From NCBI GenBank assembly GCA_020696385.1, contig JAEHCQ010000005.1, positions 27,336-91,335 of the forward strand: DNA of 64,000 nt, read 5' to 3'. The number at the start of each line of letters is the position of its first letter. Position 1 is the first letter of the stretch. The notes below the pieces were generated by a model. That model did not search any database and had not been told where the DNA came from. It saw only the letters and a program-made list of their open reading frames with translations. The stretch is from Methanobacteriota archaeon (lineage in GTDB: Archaea; Thermoplasmatota; Thermoplasmata; SG8-5; JAGLSY01). Shown piece by piece: positions 29,775-39,078 of this stretch. The position numbers were made by a program, and so were the translations under genes.

Positions 29775-30436
29775 AGGAACAGACAGACTATGAAACTGAA
29801 ATATCTGTTGATGGATATTCCACCCTCGGAACAAATGGACATGCCAAGCCAGGTATCAATCCCATGGCCATCATTTCCCTTTCCATACTTATTTGCCTGT
29901 CAATGTGGCATCTTCTGCAAACATATGAAGCAGGAGCGGATATGAATGATCATATTACCGCAATAGCATTGAGCATTATCATTGGTGTGACTGGCCTTTT
30001 CATAAATGTTCCAGGAAAAGGAGAGTTGAGAGATTACCTGACAAACAAGCTGGAGCGCAATCGCCATCTATTGTTGGGCATCTCCTGTGTCATAATGGGA
30101 GGCATTCATTTCATGACATTCGCAAAGGCGACTGACATCGTGCCCATGTTCGGCTTCATGGTCATGCTGATCGCCTATTATGACCTGGGATCATTGGCCA
30201 TCCGTACCGCGCCTTATTTGATCCTGAATGATACGAATGATAGCACCAGGCGGTTCATAAGATACTCGGGAGGCAAGATACTTGTAGCCCTCGGGATCAC
30301 CTTCCTCATGTCCACATTCATGCTGTTCATATCCCTCATGGGCATAATTGGATTTACAGGGGTCTGGACTGTTCTTATTCTGGCAGCCATGCTAATGGGA
30401 TCACTTGGCATGATAGTCCGGTCTGGCAATGTGTGA
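29708..30436 (+). CDS. Multi-TM hypothetical membrane protein (start uncertain)
   Basis: About six hydrophobic segments; last gene of the operon. Confidence 0.65.
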   Translation: MGSIRATGKSIEGGGKIKSEVLEEQTDYETEISVDGYSTLGTNGHAKPGINPMAIISLSILICLSMWHLLQTYEAGADMNDHITAIALSIIIGVTGLFINVPGKGELRDYLTNKLERNRHLLLGISCVIMGGIHFMTFAKATDIVPMFGFMVMLIAYYDLGSLAIRTAPYLILNDTNDSTRRFIRYSGGKILVALGITFLMSTFMLFISLMGIIGFTGVWTVLILAAMLMGSLGMIVRSGNV

Positions 30437-30515
30437 ATTCGGTAAACACAATAGTTTTCGGTAAGCCGAAATTTATATATACACAATTATCATTAGGTAA
30501 ATTGCAGGTGAGAAT

Positions 30516-31304
30516 TTGGAAAGCGTGACATTCGCATTATTACTGACCACCATAGCGGGTCTATCCACTGGATTGGGCGGAGCAGTCGTACTGCTACAGA
30601 AAAAGCCCAATAAAACCCTCCTCACCTTTTCCCTGGGGCTTTCAGCCGGGGTCATGGTATATGTTTCTTTCATGGAGCTTTTACCCGATGCGATCGAGGG
30701 CATTGGAGAGGTTGCTGGCATACTGGCCTTCTTCGTCGGAGTTATGTTCATAGCTCTGATCGATGCCCTTCTACCGAAACAGCTGAATCCTCATCATTTC
30801 AGCAGGATCACTGGCAGAAAATGTGAAAAGAAAAAGAAGAGAAGTGAAGCAGAATGCCGCCTAATGAGGGTGGGCACCTTCACAGCAATTGCCATAACGA
30901 TCCATAATTTCCCAGAGGGAATAGCGACCTTTAGCGCGAGCCTGACGGACATCAGACTTGGGATGGTCATTGCCATCGCGATAGCCTTACATAATATTCC
31001 AGAGGGCATCTCGGTAGCCGCCCCCATATTCGCAGCCACAGGTGATAAGATCAAGGCCTTCAAGTACGCCTTTCTATCTGGAATAGCAGAGCCCATTGGT
31101 GGTATATTCAGTTTTATCGTGCTCTACAATTTCATGTCTGATTCCCTTTTGGCAGGATTACTGGCCTTTGTGGCTGGAATAATGATCTACATATCTCTTG
31201 ATGAGATATTACCCACAGCCCATAGCTATGGCAAGAGCCATGTTGTGCTGGCAGGTGTTATGCTGGGTATGTTCATAATGGCAATGAGCTTACTTATGTT
31301 GTGA
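30516..31304 (+). CDS. zupT: ZIP family zinc transporter
   Basis: AITIHNFPEG, IALHNIPEGISVAAP, SLDEILP. Confidence 0.95.
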   Translation: MESVTFALLLTTIAGLSTGLGGAVVLLQKKPNKTLLTFSLGLSAGVMVYVSFMELLPDAIEGIGEVAGILAFFVGVMFIALIDALLPKQLNPHHFSRITGRKCEKKKKRSEAECRLMRVGTFTAIAITIHNFPEGIATFSASLTDIRLGMVIAIAIALHNIPEGISVAAPIFAATGDKIKAFKYAFLSGIAEPIGGIFSFIVLYNFMSDSLLAGLLAFVAGIMIYISLDEILPTAHSYGKSHVVLAGVMLGMFIMAMSLLML

Positions 31305-31398
31305 ACTGCCAGATATCCTGAAAATTTCCATAGATATTATGCACAAATCTAAACCAAGCTTTTATTATGGGTATTGCATTCTCGATAAAATTACCAAA

Positions 31399-31473
31399 GG
31401 GCGCGTAGCCTAGCCAGGATATGGCGCTAGCCTTCTAAGCTAGAAGCCAGGGGTTCGAATCCCCTCGCGTCCG
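31399..31473 (+). tRNA. tRNA-Arg (TCT)
   Basis: GGGCGCG/CGCGTCC acceptor stem, CTAGC-CTTCTAA-GCTAG anticodon arm, GGGGTTCGAATCCCC T arm. Confidence 0.95.
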
Positions 31474-31700
31474 CTCTTTTATTTTTTTAAGATGCGACTT
31501 TATCATTTGATCCCACGCATCTTTTTTATCAAACAAATTTGTAAAAGATTCAGGTAATGAGTTTGATTCGATATGTTTAGAGGACGCGAGGTGGATGAGA
31601 ACGGAGTTCGACGAGATTTTTCTGAATATAATGAAGAAAAAGCGAGCAAGACCTGGATGCTGAAAGCAGACAGGTTGCTGATCCCCTCGCGTCCGCTCTT
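31474..31700 (+). mobile_element. 222-bp structured unit ending in a direct copy of the tRNA-Arg 3' end; mobility inferred
   Basis: atcccctcgcgtccgctctt at 31459-31478 and 31681-31700; inverted degenerate copy from 31582; double-hairpin module at 31476-31568. Confidence 0.75.
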
Positions 31701-31796
31701 ATTTTATTATCTTAATAAATGCGAAGTGTTGTAAACAAAACACTTATCTATTCTCTTTTGATTACTATACTATAGTTAATCCAGGGATGGACCTTA

Positions 31797-34700
31797 ATGA
31801 CCAAAATACTGAACAACCTTATCGTGCTAGTTATTTCAATTGTATTATTATCATCATCATTGACATTTGTTGGAGGGTTACAGCCTGCTGAAGATATCAC
31901 ACCAGCAGCAGAGCCAGAATCTCCTGGACTTGATTTGTTTGACCCATGGCCGACCTTCACAGGAACGACCGTCTACCATTCATGGGATGAGGCAGAGGCC
32001 GAGATGCTACAGATCGCTCTGGACCATCCAGACATCGTACAGCTTACCAGCCTTACCAAGACCTGGGAGAACAGGGATGTCTGGGCCTTCAAGATATCCG
32101 ACAATCCTACAGTGGAAGAGTCGGATGAGCCAGAGGTATTCTTCAATTCCCTACACCATGCCAGAGAGTGGATGACCATCGAGATCGCGCTCTATGCGAT
32201 CCATTTCCTGACTGACAATTATGGTATAAATGCCACAGTTACCGATATCGTGGACAATCGACAGATCTGGATAATACCTGTCGTCAATCCAGATGGAAGA
32301 GTGATCGACAGCCCAGGGGATGATCCAGCAGACCATACAGCTCAACCGTATGGTTGGAGGAAGAATGCCAGGGACAATAATGGTGACATGGTCTTCAATG
32401 AGGCGGATGATGGTGTGGATCTCAATAGAAATTATGACTGGCTATGGGGATCTTCAGGCCAGCAATCGGATCCAACGAACTACCTATATGGTGGGCCAAC
32501 AGCCTTCTCTGAACCAGAGAGCATCGCGATACGGGACCTTTGCATAGAGCATGATTTTGTCTTTGCAGTTAACTATCACACTTACAGCCAGCTCATTCTT
32601 TACCCATGGGGCTGGACATTTGAAGATACAGAGGATCATGATCTACTGGTCACTGTCGCATGGGATCTCGAAAGCAGGATCACCAATCTAGCGGGAAGCG
32701 CGCATGATGGTTATGTTCCCGAGCAGGGTGCGGATCTTTACCCCACTTCTGGTGGAACTGATGACTGGATGTACGGCAATCAGGGTATTCTTTCCTACAC
32801 CATCGAGGCCTATCCATATTATGACTGGGGTGGCGGCGGACCTGAGAGCAGCGCGGCCATTCAGGAGCCATACGACCTTTTCCATCCAAGAGAGGATAAG
32901 GTTCTGCCAGTCTGCCAGGATAATCTGCCAGCGATCATTCGATTATGCGAGATCGCTGATAATCCCTTCCAGGTGATGGATCATATAGAGATATCCACAG
33001 TTGATGAAGAACTGGTCATCGAGAAGGGAACTGGGGATTCAACGACAATTGATCTTCTAAACAATGGCCAGGGAGATGGTGACTACACGATAACAACCAG
33101 CTCGATAGCTGGCTGGTCGATAACTCCTTCCCCGGCAGCCAACAATATACTGAAAGATCAGACTGTACAGTCAACACTGAGCATCACGGTGCCAGGAGCA
33201 GCAACACCCGGTGAATATACCATCTGGGTGAATGTGTCGATGGATACGAATTCCAGCTGCACGGACTCATGCGAGGTCACCGTCATCGTGCCTTATTCCG
33301 ATGACGTTGGCGTGGATTCCATATATCCCTTCGAGGAAATGGGGATCTACCCGATGGGCGAGTACCTGATCGATGGAACTGTCAAGAATTATGGCGAGTT
33401 CCAGGTTCCATCCTTTGACACCACCTGCACGATAACCCGATTTGGTGGTGGAACTAATTACAATCTATTCTCGGATGACATGGAGAGCGGCATGACCCAG
33501 TGGGTGACTGAGGACTGGGATGGCACTCTTACTAATGACTACTGGCATACTGTATCATCCCGCAGCAATTCTCCATCCAACAGTATGTTCTGTGGCCCGG
33601 CTACCAGCGGCTACACGATATATTCAAATCAATTCCTTACCATTGCTGACCCAATTGACTTAAGGGATGCGGAGACCGCGACTCTCACCTACTGGACATG
33701 GCATGAGCTTGTGAACGATGGTTACGATGCGGACTTCTGTGTGGTAGAAGGCTCTGTGGACGGTGGCCATACGTGGAGCTTTATCGACCGCTACACAGGC
33801 GATGATATGACATGGAGGGAGCGAACTAATGACCTCACCAATTTCACTGGCTACCCCGAATTCCTGCTTCGATACAGGTTCACATCAGACAATATGGATT
33901 ATGGGGATACAGGTTTCTATTTCGATGACATAAGTATAGACGCGTTCATACCCGGCGAGACCGTGGTATTCGGCCCCACCATCCAGACCACAAGCGCACC
34001 ACTGGACACGCAACTTACCGAGGATCTGCAATGGCAATATAACTTCGATCAGAGTGGCACATACAGAGTGTCCATGGAGACCCAGTATGGTGCAGATGGC
34101 AATACAGCGAATGACCTGTTGGATGTCATATTCGATATAGGCAGCACACACCTGCCAGATTTCACAGGTGTGGATGATGTCATCAATATCGGAACTGGGG
34201 ATCAGCTTGACATTTACTGGAGCGCGGCAAATGATCCGAATTTGCCGATAACCTACAGCCTTTACAGATTTGACAATTTACCAAACGAAGCGGAGGTTAA
34301 CGCTTCGTCCGCCATATGGACTGGCACAGCTCTTTCCTACAGTGATAACAGTGTGACTGCCGGGGAGACCTATTTCTACATCGTGAGGGCGAGCGACGCC
34401 CTCGGCCAGGAGGAATGGAACATGCTGGCAATAGATGGGACACCATCCATTCAGTTATTGTTCCAGGTACAATCGCCAATGGCTGGCTTCCGCGATCTCA
34501 ATCAAGATACCTTTGAATCATCCATACAGATTGCGACCAGCCCGGACATAACAGGCCCGGGACAGTATCAGGTCGGAGGGGCTGATGACCATTGGCTTTC
34601 CGAAGTTTATACCAATGCCCAGCAAATGGACGGCACATGGAAATTCAATATCTGGGGACAGATGAGCAATGACATGGCCAACTCGAACCTTTATGCAAGG

Positions 34701-36023
34701 GTTTACAGATACAGCGATGATGGCCTTCTTTTCCAGACCGTACTGGATGATGAAGATACCAGTGCCTTCGCAGGTGCCTATCACGAATTCTCATGGGAGC
34801 ATACGGTGGCAGGCGTCACATTGCCCGCCAGTGACAGGTTCTATGTGGAGATATGGCTGGATGCCTCAAGTGGCGCGGCAGGTCAGTCCGGGGAGACATT
34901 GAACCCGGACTTTACCGGAAGTGCCAGCAGCTGGACATATTATGATTGGGAAGATACAGGAGGAGGAGATTCTACAGGAGCCTGGGCTGGCTCATATATC
35001 AATGTCAGACTGGATGATGCAAATACAGGAGGTTCATCCGAGCAGACATACTCAGGATACTGGGAGCAATCCTTCGACACTGGCACAGTTCCCAATTCAG
35101 CTTATATCGAGCTTGATTGGAGCTGTACGGAATTCGATGGTGGAACTGCGAACCTTATCGCATATGCCTTCATAGATACCGCATCAGGCTTACCATCTGT
35201 CGGAACACAGGTCTGGAGCAGCGGCCAGATAACTGGAACTACTACATGGGCCTCAACTGCTCAGATCGATGTGAGCAGTGTGATGGGAACCGGCACCACT
35301 TATTATCTCAAGGTGGGTCTCAGAGATACAAATCTTGCAAAGAATGAGGGGCAGAGAGAGGTTGGCTTTGACAATGTGAAAGTCGTTTACGGCACACCAG
35401 CGCCTGTCTTCACATTTGCTTTCGACCATCAAGCAACACCGTCCGGCATAGAGGCCGCCCTCACTTCCATAGGCGGCGGCATAACCTATGACATTGACCT
35501 TACTGGCATAGCCGCAGATACCTGGGTGATGGCATCCTTCCCGATATTTGCGACTGGAAACCCGACCACGATCATCGATGATGCACTTCACGGGGACGCG
35601 AACACCACATGGGATATCATCATGTGGTATGATGCCAATGATACAGACCACTGGAAGTCATATGATAAGACGCAGGCAGCTGCCGGAATTCCACAGGATC
35701 TACTAACCATTGACAATCAATATGGATTCTGGATACACATCACGTCCAATTCAGGTGATGAGCTACTGTCCATCGGAACGGGCAATCAACCCGCAACATC
35801 CAGCATAATTCTGGAAGCTGGATGGAACCTTGTTGGATATCCATCCGCCACCCCAAGGCAGGCAGATGCAACACTGCCTGGCGAGGTAACTATGATCGCC
35901 TTCTACAACGATGCACAGGCATATTCTATACAGGAATTGCCACTTGCCTCGGTGACAATGGAAAGTGGAAATGCATACTGGGTGTATTCGACAGTGATGG
36001 TGCAGTGGGATGTGGACTGGTAA
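31797..36023 (+). CDS. Secreted M14 zinc carboxypeptidase with multiple beta-sandwich accessory domains
   Basis: HHAREW, NPDG, GVDLNRNY, FSEPES, NYHTYSQLILYPW, YTIE; Ig/Fn3-like repeats; C-terminal GWNLVGYP domain. Confidence 0.9.
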   Translation: MTKILNNLIVLVISIVLLSSSLTFVGGLQPAEDITPAAEPESPGLDLFDPWPTFTGTTVYHSWDEAEAEMLQIALDHPDIVQLTSLTKTWENRDVWAFKISDNPTVEESDEPEVFFNSLHHAREWMTIEIALYAIHFLTDNYGINATVTDIVDNRQIWIIPVVNPDGRVIDSPGDDPADHTAQPYGWRKNARDNNGDMVFNEADDGVDLNRNYDWLWGSSGQQSDPTNYLYGGPTAFSEPESIAIRDLCIEHDFVFAVNYHTYSQLILYPWGWTFEDTEDHDLLVTVAWDLESRITNLAGSAHDGYVPEQGADLYPTSGGTDDWMYGNQGILSYTIEAYPYYDWGGGGPESSAAIQEPYDLFHPREDKVLPVCQDNLPAIIRLCEIADNPFQVMDHIEISTVDEELVIEKGTGDSTTIDLLNNGQGDGDYTITTSSIAGWSITPSPAANNILKDQTVQSTLSITVPGAATPGEYTIWVNVSMDTNSSCTDSCEVTVIVPYSDDVGVDSIYPFEEMGIYPMGEYLIDGTVKNYGEFQVPSFDTTCTITRFGGGTNYNLFSDDMESGMTQWVTEDWDGTLTNDYWHTVSSRSNSPSNSMFCGPATSGYTIYSNQFLTIADPIDLRDAETATLTYWTWHELVNDGYDADFCVVEGSVDGGHTWSFIDRYTGDDMTWRERTNDLTNFTGYPEFLLRYRFTSDNMDYGDTGFYFDDISIDAFIPGETVVFGPTIQTTSAPLDTQLTEDLQWQYNFDQSGTYRVSMETQYGADGNTANDLLDVIFDIGSTHLPDFTGVDDVINIGTGDQLDIYWSAANDPNLPITYSLYRFDNLPNEAEVNASSAIWTGTALSYSDNSVTAGETYFYIVRASDALGQEEWNMLAIDGTPSIQLLFQVQSPMAGFRDLNQDTFESSIQIATSPDITGPGQYQVGGADDHWLSEVYTNAQQMDGTWKFNIWGQMSNDMANSNLYARVYRYSDDGLLFQTVLDDEDTSAFAGAYHEFSWEHTVAGVTLPASDRFYVEIWLDASSGAAGQSGETLNPDFTGSASSWTYYDWEDTGGGDSTGAWAGSYINVRLDDANTGGSSEQTYSGYWEQSFDTGTVPNSAYIELDWSCTEFDGGTANLIAYAFIDTASGLPSVGTQVWSSGQITGTTTWASTAQIDVSSVMGTGTTYYLKVGLRDTNLAKNEGQREVGFDNVKVVYGTPAPVFTFAFDHQATPSGIEAALTSIGGGITYDIDLTGIAADTWVMASFPIFATGNPTTIIDDALHGDANTTWDIIMWYDANDTDHWKSYDKTQAAAGIPQDLLTIDNQYGFWIHITSNSGDELLSIGTGNQPATSSIILEAGWNLVGYPSATPRQADATLPGEVTMIAFYNDAQAYSIQELPLASVTMESGNAYWVYSTVMVQWDVDW

Positions 36024-36044
36024 TGCTAGCGATGAAGATATAGC

Positions 36045-36794
36045 TCAAACATTAATATGCTGACAATCGCCTGCTAAAACAATTTCAGTAGAACCATCTT
36101 CCAGCTCCAGAATAAGCGCGCCTTTATCATCAATGTCCTTCGCAGTACCAGCAAGCTCATCCATCTGCCTCAGTATTAGGACCTTCTTGCCGAGGGTGTC
36201 GGCCATATCCCTCCACTCATTCAGTATCTCTTTGTCTTTACCTTCAAGAGCCATATTGTAAAAACGCTCCAGCTCGCAAATAAGCTGGATCTCCAATTGC
36301 TTGATCTCGGTCTGGCTGCCTTTTTCCTCGATGATAGAGGTGGATACCGGGCTGAACTCATAACCTTCTTGAACATTATTATTGACATTGATGCCCATTC
36401 CGATGATGACCCAGCGATTATCCTCGTGTAATATCGACTCTGCCAGTATCCCGGACATCTTTTTCCCGTTTATCATAACATCATTGGGCCATTTTAATCT
36501 GGCATCAAGGCCGGACACTGCATTCACTGCCCTTGCGACTGCACAGCCAGCCATCAATGGGAGAATACCGAGCTTATCGCCTACAAGGCCGCCTTTCGGC
36601 TTGAGAGCCACCGACACCCAGAGTCCACCCTTGGGAGACTCCCAGACGCGCTCCAGACGTCCTTTACCACCCGTCTGGATTTCGGATATGACCAGGGTGC
36701 CTTCCTCCGCACCCTGGCCTATCAGCTCTTTGGCGTATTCATTGGTCGAACCAACCTCCTCGAGGCGCACAACTATCTTGCCGATCTCGGTCAT
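36045..36794 (-). CDS. birA: Biotin-protein ligase (no HTH domain)
   Basis: GSTN, QTGGKGRLER.W.SP.GG, KWPNDV, KMSGIL, GININ-like GMGINVN. Confidence 0.95.
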   Translation of the reverse strand: MTEIGKIVVRLEEVGSTNEYAKELIGQGAEEGTLVISEIQTGGKGRLERVWESPKGGLWVSVALKPKGGLVGDKLGILPLMAGCAVARAVNAVSGLDARLKWPNDVMINGKKMSGILAESILHEDNRWVIIGMGINVNNNVQEGYEFSPVSTSIIEEKGSQTEIKQLEIQLICELERFYNMALEGKDKEILNEWRDMADTLGKKVLILRQMDELAGTAKDIDDKGALILELEDGSTEIVLAGDCQHINV

Positions 36795-36818
36795 GGAAAA
36801 CCACCTTTCATTCAGATA

Positions 36819-37181
36819 CTATTTCTTTTTCTTCTCTTCTTTATTGAAGATACTGAATGTTCCTGGTGTGGAGACAGTTATGAATATTGCTTCACTGGTT
36901 CCCTTGTTCTTAGCCCAATGTGTGTCATCCGAATGGTGGAAGAGCGTGTCCCCTTCCTGGAAGATGAACTTCTCATCTCCAACATGGTATTCTAATTCTC
37001 CTTTTACCATAAATTTTATCTCTTTACCTTTGTGGGAAAAACCCTGGGTCTTGCATTGAGGTAGAATATGAGTGACAGTGGCTTCCATCTTTTCCTTCAT
37101 CACGATATTCCTGTAAAGCACACCTGTTCTCTTCTCATCCTTCAATGACTCCCCTTTCTTCATAAGTACTGTATTTGCCAT
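36819..37181 (-). CDS. Cupin domain protein
   Basis: SHKGKEIKFMVKGELEY...EGDTLFHHSDDTH. Confidence 0.8.
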   Translation of the reverse strand: MANTVLMKKGESLKDEKRTGVLYRNIVMKEKMEATVTHILPQCKTQGFSHKGKEIKFMVKGELEYHVGDEKFIFQEGDTLFHHSDDTHWAKNKGTSEAIFITVSTPGTFSIFNKEEKKKK

Positions 37182-37316
37182 AAAATCTTCACCTTGTATG
37201 TATATGGATGCCGAATTATTTAAATGTTAAGCATGCACGCCCTAATTTAGTGAGTGGTAAATATATTAAAATAAATATAATGTTAAATAAATATTTATTA
37301 GATTATTATTTTAATC

Positions 37317-37427
37317 TCAGTAACGAGCCAGCGCCCTGGATCCACATTCGGGACATTTGCCCATGCCACTGATGTATTCCTTCCAATTATTGCGCATCCA
37401 TGTATGTTTACATTTTAGACATTTCAT
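37317..37427 (-). CDS. 36-aa zinc-ribbon microprotein (below the ORF-track cutoff)
   Basis: MKCLKCKHTWMRNNWKEYISGMGKCPECGSRALARY; TATA-like ttatatata about 30 bp upstream. Confidence 0.75.
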   Translation of the reverse strand: MKCLKCKHTWMRNNWKEYISGMGKCPECGSRALARY

Positions 37428-37571
37428 AGTATCATATTCAAAGTTATGTATATTCTTATATATAAGGATGGCTTGGGAATTCCCAGATGTACCCACTGAT
37501 GTATTCCTTCCAATTATTGCGCATCCATGTGTGTTTACATTTTAGACATTTCATAGTATCATATTCAAAGT
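37366..37571. repeat. 79-bp direct repeat (37366-37444 and 37493-37571; one mismatch) covering the microprotein leader and first 21 codons
   Basis: Offset 127 bp; the mismatch is a synonymous CAT/CAC. Confidence 0.93.
37456..37554 (-). pseudogene. Chimeric or truncated second copy of the microprotein (32 aa, only one CxxC)
   Basis: MKCLKCKHTWMRNNWKEYISG followed by YIWEFPSHPYI. Confidence 0.6.
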
Positions 37572-37578
37572 AAAATTT

Positions 37579-37606
37579 ATGAAAGGCCAGTTATCTGGCC
37601 TTTCAT
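37579..37606 (-). terminator. Hairpin after pycA
   Basis: ATGAAAGGCCAG/CTGGCCTTTCAT perfect 12-bp stem. Confidence 0.7.
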
Positions 37607-37623
37607 ATTATTCATGGTATAGA

Positions 37624-39069
37624 TCATCCCTGGCTTGCAGCTATCACAGTCTGAACAGCGGCCATTGCGGCGGCAGTTTTCTTATTGCCACCCTGTGCCC
37701 GCTTTTCTTCCATGTACTTGGCCACCTTAGCCATGATGTCATTGTTCTCGATATAGCTGGTATTATAGATACCGGCTTTGAACACTGGGTCATTCATGAC
37801 GACCTCGTGGAATGGTATATTCGTTTTCATTCCACCTATCTGGTATTCCCAAAGTGCGCGCTTCATCCTCTCGATAGCACGTGGGCGATCTTCTGCCCAA
37901 ACAATTAGCTTGGCTGCCATTGAATCGTAGTATGGTGGGAAATCCAATCCCTGATAGACACCGGAGTCCACCCTAACACCTGGCCCTGATGGCTCGGCGT
38001 ATTTGACGATCTTGCCAGGTGATGGCATGAAGCCATTCGCTGGATCTTCAGCATTTATACGGCATTCTATGGAATGACCCCTGCATATGATATCAGATTG
38101 CTCGTATTCCAGCTCCAGACCTGAAGCAACTCTCAGTTGTTCCCTGGCCAGGTCCACACCTGTTATCATCTCGGTTATAGGATGCTCGACCTGAAGCCTT
38201 GTGTTCATTTCCAGGAAGTAGAATTGTCCATCCTTGTACATGAACTCACAAGTTCCTGCATTCCAATATCCTGCGGTCTTGGCGGCCAGAACTGCCTGCT
38301 TCCCCATTTCCTCGCGTATTTCCTCAGATATCGCCTGGCTGGGGGTTTCCTCAATGAGCTTCTGGTTCCTTCTCTGGACACTGCATTCTCTGTCAAGGAC
38401 ATGGATGATATTACCTTGTTTGTCTCCGATCACCTGGAATTCAACGTGATGAGGCTCGTGAATGTATTTCTCGATAAATACAGAATCATCCCCGAAAGAG
38501 CTTTTTGCCAGTCTTCTGACCTTTGCCAGCTCTTCTTCAATGTCCTCTGCTCGATCCACTCTGACTATACCGATCCCTCCGCCGCCAGCACTTGCCTTGA
38601 GCATCAATGGGAATCCGATCTCATGGGCTATATCCAATGCCTTTTGATGGTCGGTTATAGCCTCGGTGACACCTGCCACCACGCTAACACCTGCCTTGAT
38701 CATACTCTTTTTTGAATCTATCTTCGAGCACATGAGTTCCATGGATGGCACTGGAGGTCCAATGAATTCGATATTGTTCTTCGCACACATGGTGGCGAAT
38801 TCAAAATCCTCGGCCATGAAACCATAGCCAGGGTGAATACCATCGGCCCCTGTGTCGAGTGCGGCCTGGATTATCTTATCCTTGACAAGGTAGCTCTGAG
38901 CTGCTGGTGCAGGCCCTATGTGAACCTTCTCATCAGCGTATCTTGTAAAAAGAGCTGACTTGTCTGCATCGGAGTAAACTGCAACTGTTGGTATACCCAA
39001 TTCCTTGCAGGCCCTCATTATCCTTATCGCTATTTCTCCTCGGTTCGCGATGAGTACTTTGCTGAGCAT
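37624..39069 (-). CDS. pycA: Biotin carboxylase subunit (pyruvate carboxylase A)
   Basis: ANRGEIA, HPGYGF, GGGGIG, RECSVQRRNQK, EMNTRLQVEHP, RINAED, YYDSM. Confidence 0.93.
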   Translation of the reverse strand: MLSKVLIANRGEIAIRIMRACKELGIPTVAVYSDADKSALFTRYADEKVHIGPAPAAQSYLVKDKIIQAALDTGADGIHPGYGFMAEDFEFATMCAKNNIEFIGPPVPSMELMCSKIDSKKSMIKAGVSVVAGVTEAITDHQKALDIAHEIGFPLMLKASAGGGGIGIVRVDRAEDIEEELAKVRRLAKSSFGDDSVFIEKYIHEPHHVEFQVIGDKQGNIIHVLDRECSVQRRNQKLIEETPSQAISEEIREEMGKQAVLAAKTAGYWNAGTCEFMYKDGQFYFLEMNTRLQVEHPITEMITGVDLAREQLRVASGLELEYEQSDIICRGHSIECRINAEDPANGFMPSPGKIVKYAEPSGPGVRVDSGVYQGLDFPPYYDSMAAKLIVWAEDRPRAIERMKRALWEYQIGGMKTNIPFHEVVMNDPVFKAGIYNTSYIENNDIMAKVAKYMEEKRAQGGNKKTAAAMAAVQTVIAASQG

Positions 39070-39078
39070 GTGGCTCCC

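Noticed and set aside
25739-30436. MoxR-DUF58-DUF4129 operon as a novel system
   Set aside because: Widespread, well-recognised arrangement; nothing unusual seen here.
36382-37059. 225-aa plus-strand ORF
   Set aside because: Antisense to birA and the cupin gene.
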